DNA of 63,042 nucleotides, counting the filler, from Globobulimina sp. (Eukaryota): NCBI GenBank assembly GCA_003354225.1. It is 44 parts of 44 records of this genome, joined end to end, with 100 filler letters (N's around TTAATTAATTAA, not from the genome) between each part and the next. Parts side by side here need not be neighbours in the genome. Positions count along the whole stretch, not along the records: positions 60,275 to 61,608 come from PIVH01018481.1; positions 61,709 to 63,042 come from PIVH01018482.1; 42 more parts are not named here. One strand, 5' to 3'. Both the position numbers and the translations under genes were made by a program. This document shows positions 60,368 through 63,042 of this stretch, one piece after another (within the stretch, counting starts at the first letter, position 1; each line of letters starts with the position of its first letter). The notes beneath the pieces are model-generated. The model made no database searches. It saw only the letters and a list, made by a program, of their open reading frames with translations, and had not been told where the DNA came from.

Positions 60368-61420
60368 TCAATAAACAGCTTTGAACATTTCAACAGATTT
60401 CTTAAAAAACGATTGAGTGAAAACAGAATTTTTGCCATTTTTTTTAGTATAGAATTTATCCCCAATTTGGCGCACTTTCTTCAACAAAGAAGGCGATCTT
60501 TGCATCACGTGGACATTACGCGAGTTTGAGTCAAATTGCAGGCCGATTAAGTTCGATCTGTGATGCGTCCGATCGATGATCTCATGGATATGGATCCAGC
60601 AATGAAATTTGCTGCCTTGTAAGAAGGAGAAAATATGCCGCAATACATCCTCTCCCAATGAATCAATGCGGGTCATATTACTTTGAAAAGCGGCCAAATG
60701 GTAATTCTTATACTTTTTAGTCTTTTTATGAATGTGCCGATGCGATGAGCTGTGATCACGGAGCGGCTTCAAACCGAGCGCATTTTCAGCAGCTTTCGTA
60801 ATAATCCACGCATTGAACAATGTCTGCTCGCCTTCAAATTGATAGATTCTCCACAATGAGACATGCTTTGTTTGGGTTGGTCCTCTGTTTCGAAAACGGA
60901 TGAATTTGTTGTTGATGATGTACTGTGTGAATGATGCGATTGATTTGAAATTAAATTGTAATGCAAAATGTGTTGGGATTGTGGCTAATAATAAGACACA
61001 ATTATTATGGTTGGCGTCCGTCTTTGCTTTGCCTTTGCCGACGTGCCGCTCATTGATGTTATATCGCACCTGATACTGAGTGTGTTGCTTGACATATAAT
61101 AATTGGTCATAAGGTAACGCCCCTTTCAATATAATGATTTGTAAGGAATCATCAATCGAAGCAGTTGTACGCAAATTTAAATGTATTTTTTTGGTACAAC
61201 GAACAAATTTTTTGATTTTCCTAATTGCTGGAAGTGCTGGAAGGTTATTGTTATTCTGTGGTTTATGTCCATTGACTCCATTTGGGGCTGTTAACGAGAA
61301 TTCATTTCGAGACTTATTATTGGTGTGATGAGGAGTGTTATGGCCGTTATTTAGATGGCTGCCGTGACCATTTGCATTCGTTTTAGTATCATCGTTTTTA
61401 GTCTCTGCTGTGGGGTCCAT
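60368..61420 (-). CDS. Hypothetical protein with an internal F-box-like motif
   Basis: About 350-aa ORF; IDSLGEDVLRHIFSFL. Confidence 0.5.
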   Translation of the reverse strand: MDPTAETKNDDTKTNANGHGSHLNNGHNTPHHTNNKSRNEFSLTAPNGVNGHKPQNNNNLPALPAIRKIKKFVRCTKKIHLNLRTTASIDDSLQIIILKGALPYDQLLYVKQHTQYQVRYNINERHVGKGKAKTDANHNNCVLLLATIPTHFALQFNFKSIASFTQYIINNKFIRFRNRGPTQTKHVSLWRIYQFEGEQTLFNAWIITKAAENALGLKPLRDHSSSHRHIHKKTKKYKNYHLAAFQSNMTRIDSLGEDVLRHIFSFLQGSKFHCWIHIHEIIDRTHHRSNLIGLQFDSNSRNVHVMQRSPSLLKKVRQIGDKFYTKKNGKNSVFTQSFFKKSVEMFKAVY

Positions 61421-61708
61421 GATCCAGTGATGTTTACGAGTAGAAGTGAACAAAAACTTTGTTGCAGATCGGACTTGGTTGAAATAGTATGTATTGATAT
61501 AAATTACACATCAAACAATAATTTTTTACTTTTTACTTTTATCCTAGCCATAGTAGCACTTCTTGATAATTTTCGTTTTTTCTGTTTATATAAAATTAAA
61601 ACATCATCNNNNNNNNNNNNNNNNNNNNNNNNNNNNNNNNNNNNNNNNNNNNTTAATTAATTAANNNNNNNNNNNNNNNNNNNNNNNNNNNNNNNNNNNN
61701 NNNNNNNN

Positions 61709-61859
61709 CTTTGGTGAGTGGAAACGTAAAGCGATTTGATTTTGTATTGCCCCAATTTTTGCGGTCTGTGTCATCGATTTGTTTGGATGTTTCTGCAGGA
61801 AGAGCTTTCCATTTGTTATCATCAAAACAACTCCAGTCGCTACTACTGCCAACACCCAT
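61709..61859 (-). CDS. N-myristoylated WWE-like protein N-terminus (3' partial)
   Basis: MGVGSS; WSCFDDNKWKAL..SKQID. Confidence 0.45.
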
Positions 61860-61946
61860 CGTTATAACGTGAACACTGTTTTTGTTTGTTGTTGAAAGAA
61901 ACTATATATTCTTGAACAGTGAGAGTGAGAAAGAAAGGAACAAGAT

Positions 61947-62789
61947 TTAAAGGTCAACATATAGTAATTTCATAATAAAATCACATGGCTCATCTAAAAT
62001 ATCAGACTGCGTACCAGCTAATACCACAACTTTATCATTTTTCTTTTTAATTAATTTATATTTATATGCAATATAAAGTGCCCTTGAAATCAATGAATCC
62101 GTACCATTCATATTCAGCACTAACACGGGAAATATCGCCGATATAAACATGCATTGTTTAGCAATAATCTCAGAATCCGTAATAGCTAAAATAGTACAAT
62201 GTGGTCTATATTTACTTACAATCCTTGCAATCCGACCACTTTGTGTTAAGACAATAATCAATGAACATTTCAAATCAAATGCGGATTTTACCGCAGATGA
62301 TGCCATTGAATTAAATATCGTATCCACTTCAATTATTTTCCGCTGTTCATCTGAATCACTGTACGAGTCCACCGACGATGTGCCATCCATTGATATCGTA
62401 TCCTTTATTGTGATATCTCTGATTATATTTAAATTTGGTATCGACATGAAATGAAAATAATTGTTCATATTATTGATATTTTCATTCAATATCACTTCTT
62501 CTTTATTTTTAATGATATTACCAACCGATTTTATGATCCCATTCAAATATAATATATGATAATTATCGTAATAATAACCATCATTCTTTTCCTTGTTCCC
62601 ATCATAATAATCACTAAATACCTCAACCAATCGGTTGATATCTGTCAATAAACAAATTGAATCCGCGCCGAATGCCACACAATCCTCAATACAACAAATA
62701 TCGTCAAACGTTAAAAACGAGCTTGGATTTATTGCCTTTGTTGGTGCTGAATTCAATAATTTTAAGTCTCGGAAAATATTCGCTGACAA
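61947..62789 (-). CDS. Divergent pyruvate kinase-like protein, C-terminal part
   Basis: ASSAVKSA..IIVLTQSGRIARIVSKYRP..ILAIT..AKQC..IFPV..DKVVVLAG (PK_C domain). Confidence 0.85.
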   Translation of the reverse strand: MSANIFRDLKLLNSAPTKAINPSSFLTFDDICCIEDCVAFGADSICLLTDINRLVEVFSDYYDGNKEKNDGYYYDNYHILYLNGIIKSVGNIIKNKEEVILNENINNMNNYFHFMSIPNLNIIRDITIKDTISMDGTSSVDSYSDSDEQRKIIEVDTIFNSMASSAVKSAFDLKCSLIIVLTQSGRIARIVSKYRPHCTILAITDSEIIAKQCMFISAIFPVLVLNMNGTDSLISRALYIAYKYKLIKKKNDKVVVLAGTQSDILDEPCDFIMKLLYVDL

Positions 62790-63042
62790 TAAATTTGTTT
62801 TGGTGGCGATATGTCAACAACCAATGTACTGGTGGCGTTATAGGTGAAGGCAAAAGCAAATCCTTGAATTACACGCAAAAAATTTAATAAACGAAAAGGA
62901 GTATCACTGCAAAGTGATTGAGTAATATGGTCTGTATGAATCATTAAAAACATGTTTCTTTTTTTTATTGCTTCGAAAACAGGGAACAAGGATTTTTGAT
63001 TCAAATGTGTATTCTGCCAGGAAGGAATAATTTTTACCCCTT
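62790..63042 (-). other. Bacterial-like fragments: amidohydrolase piece fused to an MFS transporter piece
   Basis: KGVKIIPSWQ..LFPVFEAI..LMIHTDH, then LRVIQGFAFAF..TSTLVVDISP. Confidence 0.5.

Noticed and set aside
1-63042. Gene neighbourhood or operon-like system across the window (e.g. cullin next to box proteins)
   Set aside because: Contigs are unrelated and ordered only by length, so adjacency is meaningless

Overview
This is not one genomic locus. It is a concatenation of 44 unrelated, length-sorted small contigs (1336, 1335 then 1334 bp), joined by an artificial 100-bp linker (44 N + TTAATTAATTAA + 44 N), so nothing can be inferred across linkers. Most contigs are AT-rich eukaryotic nuclear DNA in the standard code with short GT-AG introns (about 45-80 nt). 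The lineage-type families (repeated N-terminal LxxGY(I/L)R..P box, ART-like genes, PPR-like repeats, PT-repeat surface proteins) suggest a foraminiferan (Rhizaria); this is an inference. Recognisable genes include PCCB, HSPA12-like, T6P phosphatase, a Rab-like GTPase, S10 carboxypeptidase, Tim23, importin-7-like, RhoGAP, a Nop4/RBM28-like protein, ZIP and GLUT transporters, an F-BAR protein and a divergent pyruvate kinase. Mobile DNA is abundant: two LINE RTs, a LINE zinc-finger tail, a CRE-type endonuclease, BEL/Pao gag, a DIRS-type tyrosine recombinase remnant, an intron-containing Harbinger transposase and many foldback or MITE-like palindromes. A few contigs look like bacterial-eukaryotic chimeras. 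The most interesting signals are: (1) a shared F-box/SOCS-box-like N-terminal module fused to four different effector domains, plus a divergent cullin; (2) ADP-ribosyltransferase-like genes with altered catalytic motifs; (3) introns flanked by 8-10 bp direct repeats; (4) a transposon terminus shared between two independent contigs.
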